Origin: Raillietiella orientalis
Taxonomy: Eukaryota
Length of the DNA stretch: 64,000 nt
NCBI GenBank assembly: GCA_036172245.1
Contig: JAYWIR010000020.1
Location: forward strand, 2,170,001 to 2,234,000
Direction of reading: 5' to 3'
The position numbers were made by a program, and so were the translations under genes. The notes under the pieces were generated by a model. The model made no database searches. It saw nothing but the letters and a program-made list of their open reading frames with translations, and had not been told where the DNA came from. The first letter of the stretch is position 1; each line of letters begins with the position of its first letter. Of the stretch, positions 12,511-25,220 are shown in pieces.

Positions 12511-14394
12511 ACTCCTGAGTGTTCCGCGGCGGCGCTCGATCTCCATCTCCATTGCATGCTGGCGGCCCCCCGTCCTCGGGGCGCTCTCTTCCGCCCTTCG
12601 GGGGGCGGAGGAAGCGAGCGCTCACGAGCCATCTCTTCCGCCGTCGGGCGCGCCATCTTCCAATTTGTTACGCTCGCTTGCTTATTTTGTAAACCGCGTC
12701 AAAAGTTCCGGGCCCCGTAATTAAGGAGGCGTCGACGACGAGGGCCGACGTCACCCGTCGAAAGTTGGTCGGGGGAGTCGACCGAGGAACGCCTGGCTGA
12801 CCTTCGCCTCGCGCCGGGAATCGCGCAATTACGGAGATGCGGGTGCTGATAGAACGGCGAGAGCCCACCACCGTCCCAGGTGACCTTCCCCCTTCCTACC
12901 TCCGCTTTCAGGCGTCCTCCTTGGAAACCGCCCGGAGTGTTTCTTTTTCTCCCTCTCTCTCTCTTCTTTCTTTCTTTCTTCCCTCCCCCCTCCTCCTCCT
13001 CTTGCTTCTTCCCTGTTCCTATTCTTTCCCTGTTCGCCTTGGGGAGCGGCGGCGGATCTATTTCCACCCGCGGGGATGCTGAAAGCTTGCCGGGAGCCTG
13101 CGGCGAAAACGGCGGGAAGGAGGTGACTCCCGCCCCCTCCCCCCTTCCTTTCCTGCGGCTCTTCCCTCCGAAAGGGAGCTGAGCCCTAGCCGCTAGGAGG
13201 GGAGGGAGTGTCGGAAGGCTCCTACCGGCGCGGCCCCTGGCGCCTTCTCGCGCGGAAGGAAGAGCTTCTTCCAGGCAACGCGAGGGGCTCGCACGGAGTT
13301 TCTCTTCCCTCTCCCCTTTCCTCCCTTCCTCCCCGCGCGAGCCCAGGATGGGGTGGGAGGGTGGGAGGGACGGGTGGCGAAGCGGAAACGAGCTCTCTCC
13401 CTCCCGCTTCCCGTCCTTCCTCCCTTCCCCCCTCCTCCTCGTTCCTCCCAGTCCCCTCGCAGCCGGCCTCCTCGTCCCGGCGCTGTGATTCGCTCCCGGA
13501 AGCGCGCGGAGGGCCGCTCGCTCCATCACGGGATGCGCGGGAAGCGGCGTCGGAGCTCCCCCATTCGCCTTGCGCTCGCAAATCAGCGGACAATGCGGCA
13601 GCTGACGAGGCGAGGCCGCCGTTCCGTGACGCGGCGCCGGTGAAAAGGTCGGCCCGCGCGCGCGCGCGGCGTCCCGACCGGCAGGCATTATTGGGTCCTG
13701 ACTGCCCGGGAAGGCTCGCCTTCCATTGAGGGGACGCTAATTTTCAATGGGGGTTCCCTGGCGCGTAACCTTGGCGAAGGGAAAAAAACAACGGTCGTCC
13801 CTCCCGTTCCCTGCTGCAGCGACCCTCTTCCTCCATCCCTTCCCGCCGGATGGTCGCCGAAAATCCGAAGTGGCGTGCCGCCGTGATCCGGGAGCTGCCC
13901 GTCGACCCCCTCCCCTCCTCCTCCTCGTCTCTCTCCCGCCGCCGGCGCTCCAGGAAGAACACGGTCCCTTCCGCTCGGAGTGGTCCCGGCGGAGACAGAG
14001 AGAGGGAGAAAAGGAGGTTGCGGGACGTGTCCACGTCCTCTTCCGCCGCCGCCGCCGTCTTTGCTCCCCCTCCCCCAGCTTCCTCAAGGGGCTCCTCCAC
14101 CGTCCAAGCGGACCGACAGTGGCGCGCATTCGTCGTCGGTCGATACATGCCGGACCGCAGCCGCCCGACGGGACGATCGATCAAACCGGCCTCCGACGTC
14201 GGCAACGATGGATGCAGATGCTCCACGTGCGCCCTCCTCCACTTTCGCTCTTCCTCCCCCTCCCCTCCCTTCCCTGCTACGCGACCACTCCGTCCGGCCA
14301 GCCAAGAACAGCATTTTATCCCGCCTTCCTTCCCGAAGGCCGAAGAGCGCGCGCGTCCTCGAAAACGGAGTATGCTCGTCCCCTCGTCGGTTCG

Positions 14395-15359
14395 GTCCCC
14401 AGCCCAAGCTCCAGGGCAGTCCCGCGCCCTCTTGAACCTCCCTCCCCCCACCGGCGCGAGATTTCGGAAGCTCACGCATGGGACACATCCGCGGGGTGGA
14501 GGAAGGGGTGAATCTGGTCGGCGGCGGTGGCCAATCAGGGAGCCTCGATGGCCGAGGGGCAGCGGCAGCGCCAGCGGGACACCTGCGACTTTCTTCGTCC
14601 CTCCTCTATCCCCGGAGTATGTTTTTTTCTTCTTCTGTTCTCCCTTGCACACTCCTCCTCCTTTCCTCCTTCCTCGTCCTCCTTGCTTTCTTCTTTCATC
14701 CTCTCATCCTCCTCCTTCTTTCTTCTCCCTCCTTTCTTCCTCTTCCCTTTCTGCGAGACTGCCACCCTTCTGGTCGCTGGTGTCCTGAGAATCTCCCTGG
14801 TCTCCGCGAACGGGCGCGCACGGTCCTTCCCAGCGGAAGCGGCAGCAGCGCAGCTGATGTTCCCTCGCCTCGCGGCTTCCCCGCACGCAGCGCATCCGCA
14901 GGACCGACCGGCAGTCTCGCAGGAAGGAGGAGGAAGGAAGGAGGAAGAAGGGAGAAATAGGAAAGGAGGAGGAAGAGGAAGGGAGGATGAAAAGAGAAAG
15001 GAAGGAGGAGGAGGATGGGAGGAGAGAGAAGAGGAGGAAGGGAGGATGAAAGAAGAAAGCAAGGAGAGGACGAGGAAGGAGGAAAGGAGGAAGAGATGAA
15101 AGGGAGAACAGAAGAAGAAAAAAAACGCTTCAGGGACGGAGGAGAGACGAAGAAGCTCGTAGGCGCCCTGCTGGTGCTGCCGCTTCCCCTCGGCCATCGA
15201 GGCTCCCTGATTGGCCACCGCCGCCGCCTCGGTTCACCCCTGCTGCCACCCCACGGATGTGTCCCATGCGTGAGCCTCCGAAATCTCGCGCCGGTTGGGA
15301 GGAGGAAGGTTCGGGAGGGGAGGGGGAACAGGACTGTCCCTAAACTTGAGGGTGGGGAC
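14395..15359. repeat. Long imperfect inverted repeat (foldback): arms ~14395-14763 and ~14910-15359, loop ~146 bp
   Basis: Direct comparison: a 40-bp block ggcggcggtggccaatcagggagcctcgatggccgagggg is perfectly mirrored; the 41-bp block from 14451 has one mismatch; inner ends ctgcgagactgcc / ggcagtctcgcag; the CT tract is mirrored by a GA tract. Confidence 0.95.
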
Positions 15360-15829
15360 GTTGGATGGGTGTCCAAAGTCCCGGGGGTGGACACCAGCGG
15401 TCCGCAGAAGCTGGCAAAGGTCGTAAGCACGGCGGCGACCCGGTGTTCCTGTCGAAAGAGGGGGGGGGAGAGGAAGATGCCCCTTAGCGCAGTCGCAGGT
15501 CGCTCGGCAGATGGTTCGCGTCCTCCGCGGGGATAGAATTTCCCACACCGATTGTCCCGCGTTCGACCCGATAAGTCATCTCGGTTTCAATGGTACTGGC
15601 GAGCATCGGGGGCTGCCAGAGTTCTGGTTGGCCAGCCATGCGCAGCCGAGAAAATCAATCTTGGAATTTCTATGGGCCGATGGTACTGCCATTGGAGAAA
15701 GAGGAAAGGAAGAAAAAAAAGGAAAACTCTGTCGACCCTTTATAACACAGCTCATTGGCTGCAGACGGAGGAGGTCTTGGGGACCAGACCGTCCCGCTTT
15801 GTTTCGAAACCTGCAGAATCTCACGCAGG

Positions 15830-18740
15830 AGCTTCACGCAGGAGACCAGGCGCTGCAGCTACGGCCCGTGTTTTCCTCGGGCGAATGGGGCACTAAATCG
15901 GTTGCTCTTACAATGCGAGGTCGTTGGGGAGAGCCCTCCAGTGGCATCGGAGCGTCTCGCGACCCTCACCTCTTTTACGGAGCACTTTGCCGACCCGGAA
16001 CGAGGAGGAGGAGGAGGAAGGAATCTGCCCCAGAACGAGGCGACGGAAGAGGAGGAAGGGATGAACAGCAAAGATCCCCCATACCCGCCGGAGAGTGGCG
16101 TCGGCGCCGCCGGAGGTTTGTGGACTTTTCCCTGCCGAGAGGAGAGTCTGGACGCCAGCGTGGAGGACGCTTCCCTGCGAGGGAGGCGCGAAAGCGACGA
16201 GGCACGGGGGAGGGAAGAGAAAGAGGAGGTCCTTCCTTCCTGACTCCCGATTGCAGCGGCGCTTGGCGCGGAAGGTCCTCCTTCCCTGAAGCTCCCCTCG
16301 TCCGCATCCGGACGAGTGCCGCCGACCTTGCGCGCGTGCCGCTCTGCCGGCTGGGGCGGGTGGGTCCCACCTTCCGTTCTTCCGGCGTTTCTTTCTCCGC
16401 AGCCCCGCACCGCCACCCCCCGAGCAGCCGCCTCGGGGGCAGCGGCGCCTCTAGGGCTGCACCGAGTATTCCCGCACGGGTGGCGGCGCGAAGTACACCA
16501 CACACCTTTGGAACGAGGGGAGGTGACGGTGGAGGTTAGACGGGAGCGAACTGCTGCCTACTTGCAGCGGAAGAGCTGGGAGAAAACCGTGGAGTTCGCG
16601 CGTCCCCATCTCTCTTGGGTCAACGCCGAAACGGTCATTGGATTCGACCCGTTCGAATTCGCAGGCCACCAGGCTCCCGGACAAGTCAATTCCAAAGGGG
16701 GTGGGGAAAGGGGAAGGAATAACTGGGATCGTTTCCCTGACGTTATTGAGATGCCTAGAAGTCTTCGCCCAAAGGACCAGCTCACCAAAAGGAAGAGGGG
16801 GAGGGTGGACTGAGGCGCCTAGGTCAAGTCCCCAGGATCCACACTCTACAGAAAGAATCCTTCCTGGAATTCAGGTGGACGAAACCTGGGTAGACGATGC
16901 CCTGAAGAATTAGAATTTTCCACGGCATCCATCCCTTTCCACGTTTCGTTCCCGCAAACACCTTCAGGATGATGAAACCCCAGCTTCCGATTGCATCCTG
17001 AAAAGAACGTCAACGAGCTACCTTCACCTGCGAGCCTCAAAGAGCTTGGTGACCTCTCCGCGAGGACTCCACCACATGCATTTCGTGCTTTTCGTCCCTC
17101 CGCCTTTTCGGGACTTCCTTGGTTGCACGCAGCTTGGGGATTCCTAGCCTGGACGACGGACAGATCAACTGCCTGCGGTAAGACAGGCAGTCAGAAAAGG
17201 GAACTCTTTCAAGGAACCGACGTTGTTAGGTCTTCCCGGTCGATTCGCTTTACATTCTCCTCGCCAACGTCCATCCTATCGTCCATCCGTGTGGACTCAC
17301 GAATTCGTTCCTGATGAAAGATTCGTTCGCTTCCTACAGATCTCCAGTAGGTGTAACACAACCACGGAGACCTTCGTGCCAGATGGGTAGCCACGAAAAT
17401 GGGAGGCGCAGCTCAAATCCACCAATCCCCCCCCACTGCTTTCATTCCTGCTACCGAGCACGAAGATGCGTTGGTGTTGGTCTTCGGCGGTGCTTTCGAA
17501 GGGTGCGGGGCTGCAAACCTTCGTAAGCGCATCTTCGTCCTTTCAATCCGGCGGGTTTCCACCATCGTGGTTCTTCCTGTGGAAAACTGAAAAAAATTCA
17601 ATTGGTGGATGGTCAGCTGGAGGAAAAGGTCGCAAGGGAACCGCCCCAAAGGTGAGTCAAAGAAATCGTTGCTTGCCTGATATTCACCTTCTCTCTCCTT
17701 CCTCCGTTTTCGCTCCCATTTTCCTGCGTGGGGTCTTCGCGAAGAACACCGCTTGAGCTGATACTGGCACTGTTCGTACATTCCCTGGGAGTTTTTCCTC
17801 TGGGGAGCTTATTTCGATTTCCGACTGCGACGTGGAGGAGCAGGGGAGGAAGGATCGTTGGGACATCTCGAAGACGAGTTCGTGAAAACTTCGGGGAGAA
17901 CCATGAAGCTGTGGAGCAGAGGAAGAGGAATGAGGCGGAAGGAAGACTCTGGAACCTCGTCTAGGGACAGGGAGTGGACCAGGAAAGCTGGGAATTTCTG
18001 GCGAAGAGATCCCTGCACACGACATTCGTGCTCCCTCCCCCCCGCGAAACACGGATCGCCTCGGCAACGTCCTCGGCATCACGATCCTTTTCCTTTTTTT
18101 CTCCAGGAGGAGAGCATCTCTCGTATGCAATGCCCACGCCTTGCCAGGCTGAGATTTCTCAAGAATTCGGGACTCTGCCTAAAAGCATGTGACCAACAGC
18201 CCAACAGCCACTCTTAGTGGCACCTGAGCGCGCGAACGCGGGTCGACCCCATTGCAGAGAAACAGAGAGAGAGAGGGAAAACGAAAGGAAAAAATGGGGA
18301 TTTTTTCTCACCGCCTGAGGTCGGATCACAGCAGGTTTCCGAAGGGCGTGGGTAAGTTCCAGGCAGGGCGTGCTTTGTGGAAAGAGAAAACAAGGAAGGA
18401 ACTCGCGGATGAAGCCTGGCGCACTTCGCCTTCAAGTCCCCCTCCCTCCAGATTGCATAGCCCAGCAGGAAGTCTGGGCGCAAGAGCGACCTCTCGGCAC
18501 TGCGGTTCCCGTCGATTTCCATTCCAGTTCCAGGCGTGCTGCCCTGCTCATGGCAACCGCGTTCCTTTTCCCGGAAAAGGAACGCGCTGACGAAAGCTGG
18601 CAAGTCCTCGGTGAGGATGCTCATGGGCGTTCAAGGATGACCAAACTAAGATGGGGCGATTTCTTTGTGAGGAGAGGGCAGCTGTACAGCCAAGGGAAAG
18701 CGAGGCAGCAGTCTCCTGCTTTCCTCGGAAGGCCCTAAGG
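15830..18740 (+). mobile_element. Decayed Ty3/gypsy pol, near full length (PR-RT-RNaseH-IN)
   Basis: In order: ET-GAAA 15842-15860 (cf. DTGAAVS); GGPSFLTPDC ~16225 (cf. GPSLLGRDW); FDPFEFAGHQAP (cf. IEPVEFSEWAAP); ERILPGIQVDETWVDD with WVDD at 16887-16898 (cf. YLDD); VNELPSPASLKEL; SPVGV 17341; EHEDALVLVFG ~17460 (cf. EKEALAIVFG); DHSRFP ~18325 (cf. DYYSRFP); QSPAFLGR ~18710 (cf. SPAELLFGR). Domain order is that of Ty3/gypsy. Confidence 0.7.
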
Positions 18741-19149
18741 AAGCAGGGGGCAGTGCGCGGGAGTGCAGACGGACACACAGACCGTCTCCCTTCCTGTCCA
18801 CCGATCGTTTCCGCCTCACAATAGCTCCTCCTTCTCGGGGGGTTCCAAGAGACGAAGGAAGGAAGGTTCTACCCCGCAAGCGTCTGGAGAGAGGCAGGTC
18901 TTCATCGCTCCCCTCCTTGTCCGCGGCGTGTTCTTTGCTCCCGTTTAGGGAAGGCCTTCCCCTCGGCGCTGCAGCTGCGGTGTCAGGAGAGGCTGTGTGG
19001 TTTCGTAACGACCGACTTCCTTCCGTTGATGAGGCGAGGAGGAAGAGGCCGTTCGGGAAGTGCGGAATTTTCCCGGGACGTTCTCTTTGACGGGTTTCCC
19101 CAGCCTCCAGGCAAGAAAGGAGGAACGCTCACTTCGTCGGCCGCCTCTT

Positions 19150-21450
19150 CTTTTCGATCCTTCCGCTGAGGACAGTCTTCGGAGACTGTCGAGCTTTGTT
19201 GTCCTTAGTCCACGGATTGCGAGCGTCCGTGCTGCGACCACAAGTCGGGAAGAGTTTGAGCTCTCTCCCCCTCTCGCTGGGCATGCCGCGCGTCTGCGCA
19301 TTCATCTCCGAGAAACGTTCCCTCTTTGCTAAGAATAGACGCCCCTTGCTTGATCTTCGAAATCTGACGGGAGAGCTGTCAGGATGACTTGTCCGAGCAC
19401 GCGCAAACCTTCTCATGCCGAATTCTTCGAGATGCTCGGAGCTCATCTCCTGCTGGGGAGATTTTTTGGCCAACCTTTCATCTTCATCTCCAAACCACGA
19501 AAGGAAATACATGGATCCGTCTCCCTTCTGATGGGGAGCAAATCTTGAGAAACGTCGAAGAGCCTCCCACATGCTGTGCGGCTACCAACAATCTCGGCTG
19601 TTCATCTTCGCTTCCGTTGCCTTGTTGAGCGATCGACTTCCTTGAAAGGAAGATTCCGGAAGCGCTGACGCTTCCGTGTTAGGCCGAAGTTCGAACGGCG
19701 TTCCTCCATCCCTTGGACGGCCACACTTTCGAAATGCTCTCCAGAGGGAATCTGGAAAGGATTCATCCAGACCTTTAAGTGCGCTGTACCTGTGAAAACG
19801 CTCGATTCCTGTTGTGGGCTACACCGCCAACGGTCTCTGCCTTTGCTCTTCTCCAAGCAGAGGAGAGGAGCCCGAATCAAAAGACACGAAAGTCGCGGAG
19901 AGCACAGCATGGTGACTGCTTGTGAAGGTCAAAATTTTGTTCCCTAAATTCGATTCCTGTGCTCAAACGTCCTCTTTTCTCTCATTGTTTTTTTTTTGGA
20001 ATTCTTTCATTGTGGGAAACTCAACCACCGTGAAGTGTCACCACGGAGGTTTCTTTGGTGACAATGCCTTTTTTCTCCCCCGCCCTGCCCCCTTGCTTGA
20101 AATTGCTCTTTAACCGATCTTTTGCCCGTGGGTAAATTGTCAAGTTCCACTGCACCCTTTTTTCACATTTCCAAAATCTACCGGTGTTTGGATGGTGATG
20201 GAGGATCAAAAAGGTACGTTTCGACCTTCCAGATATTCAGGAAGATTTTCGATTTGGATGCGAAGGTGGTTTTGTCAGCAATCTCGGAATTCTGATAAGA
20301 ACCGGTGGTTTTCGAGATAAGTACTCTTTCTCTCTTCTTCAGCATGTACGCTGCGTCTCGGTCACAATGCACCAGCGTCCTCCCGTCTCCGCCACTGCCA
20401 ATCCAACCTACGCGGTCCCCAATGGCATGCAGACTGCGCGTGGTTAGGCAGGAAGGAGGCAGTCTCCTGTTTTGTCCATGAAGATATCCGCAGTTTCCAT
20501 CTCAGTCTTGGGACTCCACCGGGTGGCAAAAACTCCGGGTCACAGGGTGCTCGCATTTCTTTCCTGCGCGCCTAAGGTCACGCATTTTGGTTGGTCTCAT
20601 CGGATCTTGCCGTGCTTCTCAAAGAGCTTGCCGTCTTCATCCACAGCCCTCCTCCGCAAACAAATATTCCCTTTCAGTTTGTTTGCTGCTTGATGCAGCT
20701 CTCTCGCTCTCATCTCGCTAAAGCCCGTGCACGGCAGTAGGTTCTCTCCAGGGCTTCCTTCAGGAATCCGGAGGAAAGCTACATCGTCTGACTCGCTATT
20801 GATTTCCGTGTCGCATCCCCGAACGCCAAGTTTCCTCTGCCGCCAGGTACCTTCCTGCAATCTTGATTTCAGGGATCCCAAACCTCGTTCATATATTCCA
20901 AAGTCCATCTTCCCTGATGCCCTTGTACCATAAAGAGACTGCGCTTTTTTCCCCCTTTACTGGTCCAACAGATGTCGCTTCCAATTGCACTGACGATGCC
21001 AAGCTGTCCCGAGAGAACGGCGAACTTTCCATTCTTCCGGGGATTTTAGGAGTATTTGGAACAGAAATGTGGTACATACGATCTACCAGCCATTAGGTGG
21101 AATCATCCACGCGTGCACAAACGAGCGCGCGCATCAGCAGCGGGGGATTTGGTATGCATCATCTCGACGTGACTAAGTGCTAAACGCACGATTTGCAGGA
21201 TGCAACTGCGCTTGCCCCGGGACGAGATCAGGGATTCAGGAAAGCCAACTCGGAAAAAAAAGCACCCTGCCAAGGAATTCGTATTAAAAGATCTCACGGA
21301 ACTTTGGACCAATTATGTTCCCTAATGATCTTGGGTGGTTCGTTGCTATGCTGCTCGCACCACTGAAGAGGCAGACAGAAGAGATTTCTGCCAGCGAGTT
21401 GCAGTGCTTCCTGCAAGAGTAGCACGACGTGCTGACATTCCCACCTATGA
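19150..21450 (-). mobile_element. Decayed Ty3/gypsy gag-pol remnant (Zn knuckle, PR, RT, RNaseH)
   Basis: CYSCRKH 21424-21404 (CCHC knuckle-like); SSPFSRDSL (cf. PSLLGRDWL); FGIYERGLGSLK ~20900 (cf. VFEEGLGTLK); GVPRLRWKLRIS ~20500 (cf. VVPKPDGKLRIC); APLLCLEKSK..WRCSPQQE ~19850 (cf. APLRQLLKKD..WQWGPEQE); TACGRLF ~19570 (cf. WACERF). Confidence 0.6.
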
Positions 21451-22899
21451 GGATGTTTTATTTTGCTTTCCATTTCAGGAAATCCGGGAGCAGCAAGGAT
21501 TTTCGGCTGGAAGGGTTCGTCAGTCAGGAGCTGCTTTCTTGCTGGAGGCATCTGTAGCTATCCGAGTAAGACAAACCATCTAGCATGCACTGTTTCTCCC
21601 ATCTCCACAGGAAAAAAGAGAGAGAGAGAAAAAAAAAACATCTGTAAAGCTTCCTCGAAAGCATCTAAAAGAGAGTCGCAGCATAACTCTTTGCAATAAA
21701 TCCAATTTGCAAATGAGAATTTTTTTCTTCTTCCTCTCCTTTTCCTTCCTTTTTATTACTCCCCATGCCGTCATCTGCGAATAAATCAGATTTCTTCAGG
21801 AATCAAAAGCTCCTGTCTAGCCCGTAGCGAATTCCCGATTGTCGAAGGGGTTTCAGCTTCCCAGATGCAAAATGAATCTGCGATTTTCGTAAATCACCCG
21901 TCGGGATCGAAGAGTGGATTTACGGATGGGATTATCTGAAATTTTGATTAACAGGACAAGCAGGTACGGGGGTATCACTGGGCAGACGAAAGCAATTTCT
22001 GTTCTCATGGGCGCATTCCCCGAATTCCGGCCGTTCGGAACCATGGGAGCCAACAAAAGCCTTCAAAATATGAGCTTCCACAGCCAAGACAACAACAAAA
22101 GCGCTTTGTGTTGCATGTTTAAAACCTATTACATTCTTCCACCTCCAAAAGAGGTTCCAGAGGGACGTCCTTTTTAAGAAGTCGTGTTTTTTATAACAGC
22201 GCGAGCGGCATTGTGCTCTTTCTAATCGAATCACTTTACACTTTATTAAACTCTGGCTCATGCTTTATGCAGGCCTGTGTTTGAAAGGGTCCCACGCTTA
22301 CTGCTTTGTCACTAGGATAGCAGGACGTCAGGGGATAAAAGTAAATGGGAGGCGATTTCTGTAACTTCTGAGAAACCAATTACGCACTATCCGCCGCTCC
22401 TGACAGTCGCATAAAGAAAACTCTTGAACTGGGCTGGGGTAAAGATATATTCCCGAGAAGTCAATATACCGTTTTCTATGCCCACAGTTACATGAAGTCA
22501 CGTCACGGAACATTGACCACAGATGGCAGTAGTAACGAAGCGACTCCAGGGAGAACTCTCGTGCACATAGGAATATAACGGTAGAAAAGTGTATAAGTGA
22601 AGTCAAGCGACCCCCTGTGGTTAGGGTTAAAGTCTCGTTAAAAGTACATTGTGAGTTTTAGCTTTTGCCCATCAAGATTACGACCCGTAAAATGAAGAAA
22701 TAATTAATAAACCTGCTTCGAGAAGACGGAACATTTTTCACATGCCTTTTTGTTCTTGCTGAAATCTCCGAACATTTTGATGACTGATTGTTCGGAAGAA
22801 TTTTTTGGAAAAAAAGAGCGGGAGAGCGAGAGAGAAGTTGCAAAACTTGGCAACCAGATTTGGCCTCTTTCGGAGCCACCACCTTCAGCATCTCGGATG

Positions 22900-24510
22900 C
22901 TCGTTTGCTGGGAGGAGACCGACCGCGCGAAGGATGCCCTGTCTTGAGCGCGGTGCGGATGCAGATTTATGAAACTTGCGAGCGAGGTCCCCCATCCATT
23001 CCCATCCTCACGGGGGCACAGAGAAACAGGATCATATCAGCATCAGCAACATTCATGGCCCGTTATGGGCGGCGCACTCGATTCCTGCTGCGCTCTCGTA
23101 CAAGAAATTCGCTTTCGGAACCATCCTTCAGCCCAAGCGTGCGGTCCCGAAGAAAAAAGTGCGATCTTTCACGGGAACCGTTGGGAAGAGCGAAGGAATT
23201 TTCGCGGATCGGCTGCAGGCACACGCGCGCGCGTGTACACACAAAAGAAAACCGATCACTCATTTGCATGGCATGCTCTCGGGAAGCGATCAGCACATCC
23301 GTACGCAGTGTACAGTCGGAAGTTCGATGCTCAGAAAGAGCACGTCTTCTCTCTGAGATCTCTTGCGCACTGCAGCCTTACGGAGAGAGAGACCCCTTCC
23401 AGAATATCTGTTGAAAAATGCTCTTGGAGTGGTCGAGCGGGCTGGATTCCTATAAAACAAGCCGGGCTAGCGAGGCTATTGGTAGCTGAGAATGGGGAAT
23501 CCATTCTTGTGGCCAAGGGGCAGCAAGCCTTTCGTGTCGCCAAGTTGTGTGGGATCCATCCTGAGTCGAGTTTTGACTGTGCCTTGGTTTCCCTGCTTAA
23601 GAATGGAAGGGAGAGACCTTCCGTACCAATACCAATGATCAGGGATTTTCGGAACTCTTTTTCATAACCTGGTTCTCACCCTCCCACCCCACCCCCCCTT
23701 CGTTTCGTTCGTTGGTCTGTTGGTTCCAATTCTGCGACGGATTTATCGTCACAACCATGACTCGCTCCTCTGGAAGCACCACAGCTTCTCGGAATCTGAG
23801 TACGCAGAACAGGAGACCCGGCTCACTTGAGCTTGCGAAAACTTTTTCCAATGGAAAAGAACTTCGTTGCTGCAGCAGCATAAGACAGACATAATGTCTG
23901 AAGTTTCTGGGGAGTGGCAGGCTTGGCGATAGCCTGAGGAGACTTCGGTCACGAATGTGGACGACTGATCTTGATTACCGATCTGACTATCTGACGAGGA
24001 GATCCGTCTTCTGATGAAATTTGCCTGTTCTTTTCAAACACCTTTTCAGATTTACAACATGGAGAAATCATCGCCCAATCCTTGGGAGATGTTTTTTTAA
24101 ATAAATAAAGAAATAAGGAATTTCAACGAAGAACATGTTGAAGACTTCCAGAAGCACAAACGTCGCCATGTACCAATCCCCAGATGGACTGTGACCTCTC
24201 TGAAGTCACTTGGGAACATATGGCTCAAAAAATGCCGCGGGGACATTCGAGATTGGTTCCGTTTCAAGAAAAACTGTAGAGGTGGATGCGATTCGCATCG
24301 GTCCTCACCAGGTCTCCTGTTTGGCACACCCAGGAGCCGAAAGTAGTGGGACAGGTCAAAGCTCTTGCGGGACATCTGGAGAGCCAGGGAATACCCTGTT
24401 TCTGCTGAGAGATTCCGTTCTGGAACGTAGCGTGACCAGGATTCCTCAGCAACCAGAATTCTCAAGAAATATGATGGATGGCATTGTGGCACCTCCGTGT
24501 GGTTGCTACA
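22900..24510 (+). mobile_element. Decayed Ty3/gypsy pol remnant (RT-RNaseH-IN), cut off by a SINE-like insertion
   Basis: SAVRMQIY; ISNIHG..YKKFAFGT ~23045-23120 (cf. INTHKG..YKRLPFGI); CTHKRKPITHLHGMLSG ~23234 (cf. CEFRKPEITYLGHVIS); GLARLLV; ALVSLLK; SHLGTYGSKNAA ~24204 (cf. GHLGIEKCKARA); FSRNMMDGIV ~24460 (cf. FARHGIPEIV). Confidence 0.6.
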
Positions 24511-24547
24511 TTGCAGAAGCCTTTCGGTCTCATCCCGGAGGTCGACA

Positions 24548-25220
24548 TTTTTTTTTTAATTGTTTTCTTTTTTTCATGGCTCGTCAAGTGCTGAAGAACC
24601 GTTCGCCTTCTTAGAGAGGACTCAGGGAGCTCTTTGACACTGTCTGCGTCACCTGAGGTTGCGTGTCACTCCTCAAGTTAAAGGGCAACCCCAGAGGAAC
24701 TACCCTGTGAACCCAGGAAGGCTCCGGAAGAAGGAGTCCGTTCCCCTTATGCTTGGTAGGGAACCCCGGAGGGAAGTCTGCTCCCTGGTTGTCCCCGAAG
24801 GAAACCCTCCAGTCTGGTTGTCCCAGAAGAGAGCTCCGAGGGGAACCTTCCAGCCTGGTTGTTCCTGAAGGAAACCCTCGCCCTGAATGTCACCAATGGA
24901 AACCCTTCAGTCTGGTTGTCCCCAAAGGGAACTTCGAAGGAAACCTTTTCCTCATTCTCTCCAGAGGAACTTCCCTCAGGGGGGTCACTTCTTGTTTCTT
25001 CGAAGGGAACCCGGAAAGCACCCGCTCCTTGTTTGCTCCTCTGAAGAGAATCCCGAAGGGACGCTTCCAGATTTTCCTTGAGGGGTCGCTCCCCGAAAGG
25101 AGCAGTGTTTCTTTTCTCTCTGGAGAAATTCCCGGTGTACGGTCCCAGCAAGGGGACGGCTCCTTGATTCCAGGGAAAGACCTTGAATCAGTTCCTCCTC
25201 CAGGAAGATGCATCCTTCGG
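24548..25220 (-). mobile_element. SINE-like repeat, copy C (head missing, internal ~29-40 bp tandem expansion)
   Basis: caagtgctgaagaaccgttcgcct is identical to copy A; T-rich tail at 24548-24575; repeated ctggttgtcccc.aagg.aac units at 24785-24945. Confidence 0.75.

Noticed and set aside
24785..24945. CRISPR-like short repeats
   Set aside because: Units are degenerate and adjacent without unique spacers, lie within a SINE-like repeat, and the context is eukaryotic with no cas genes.
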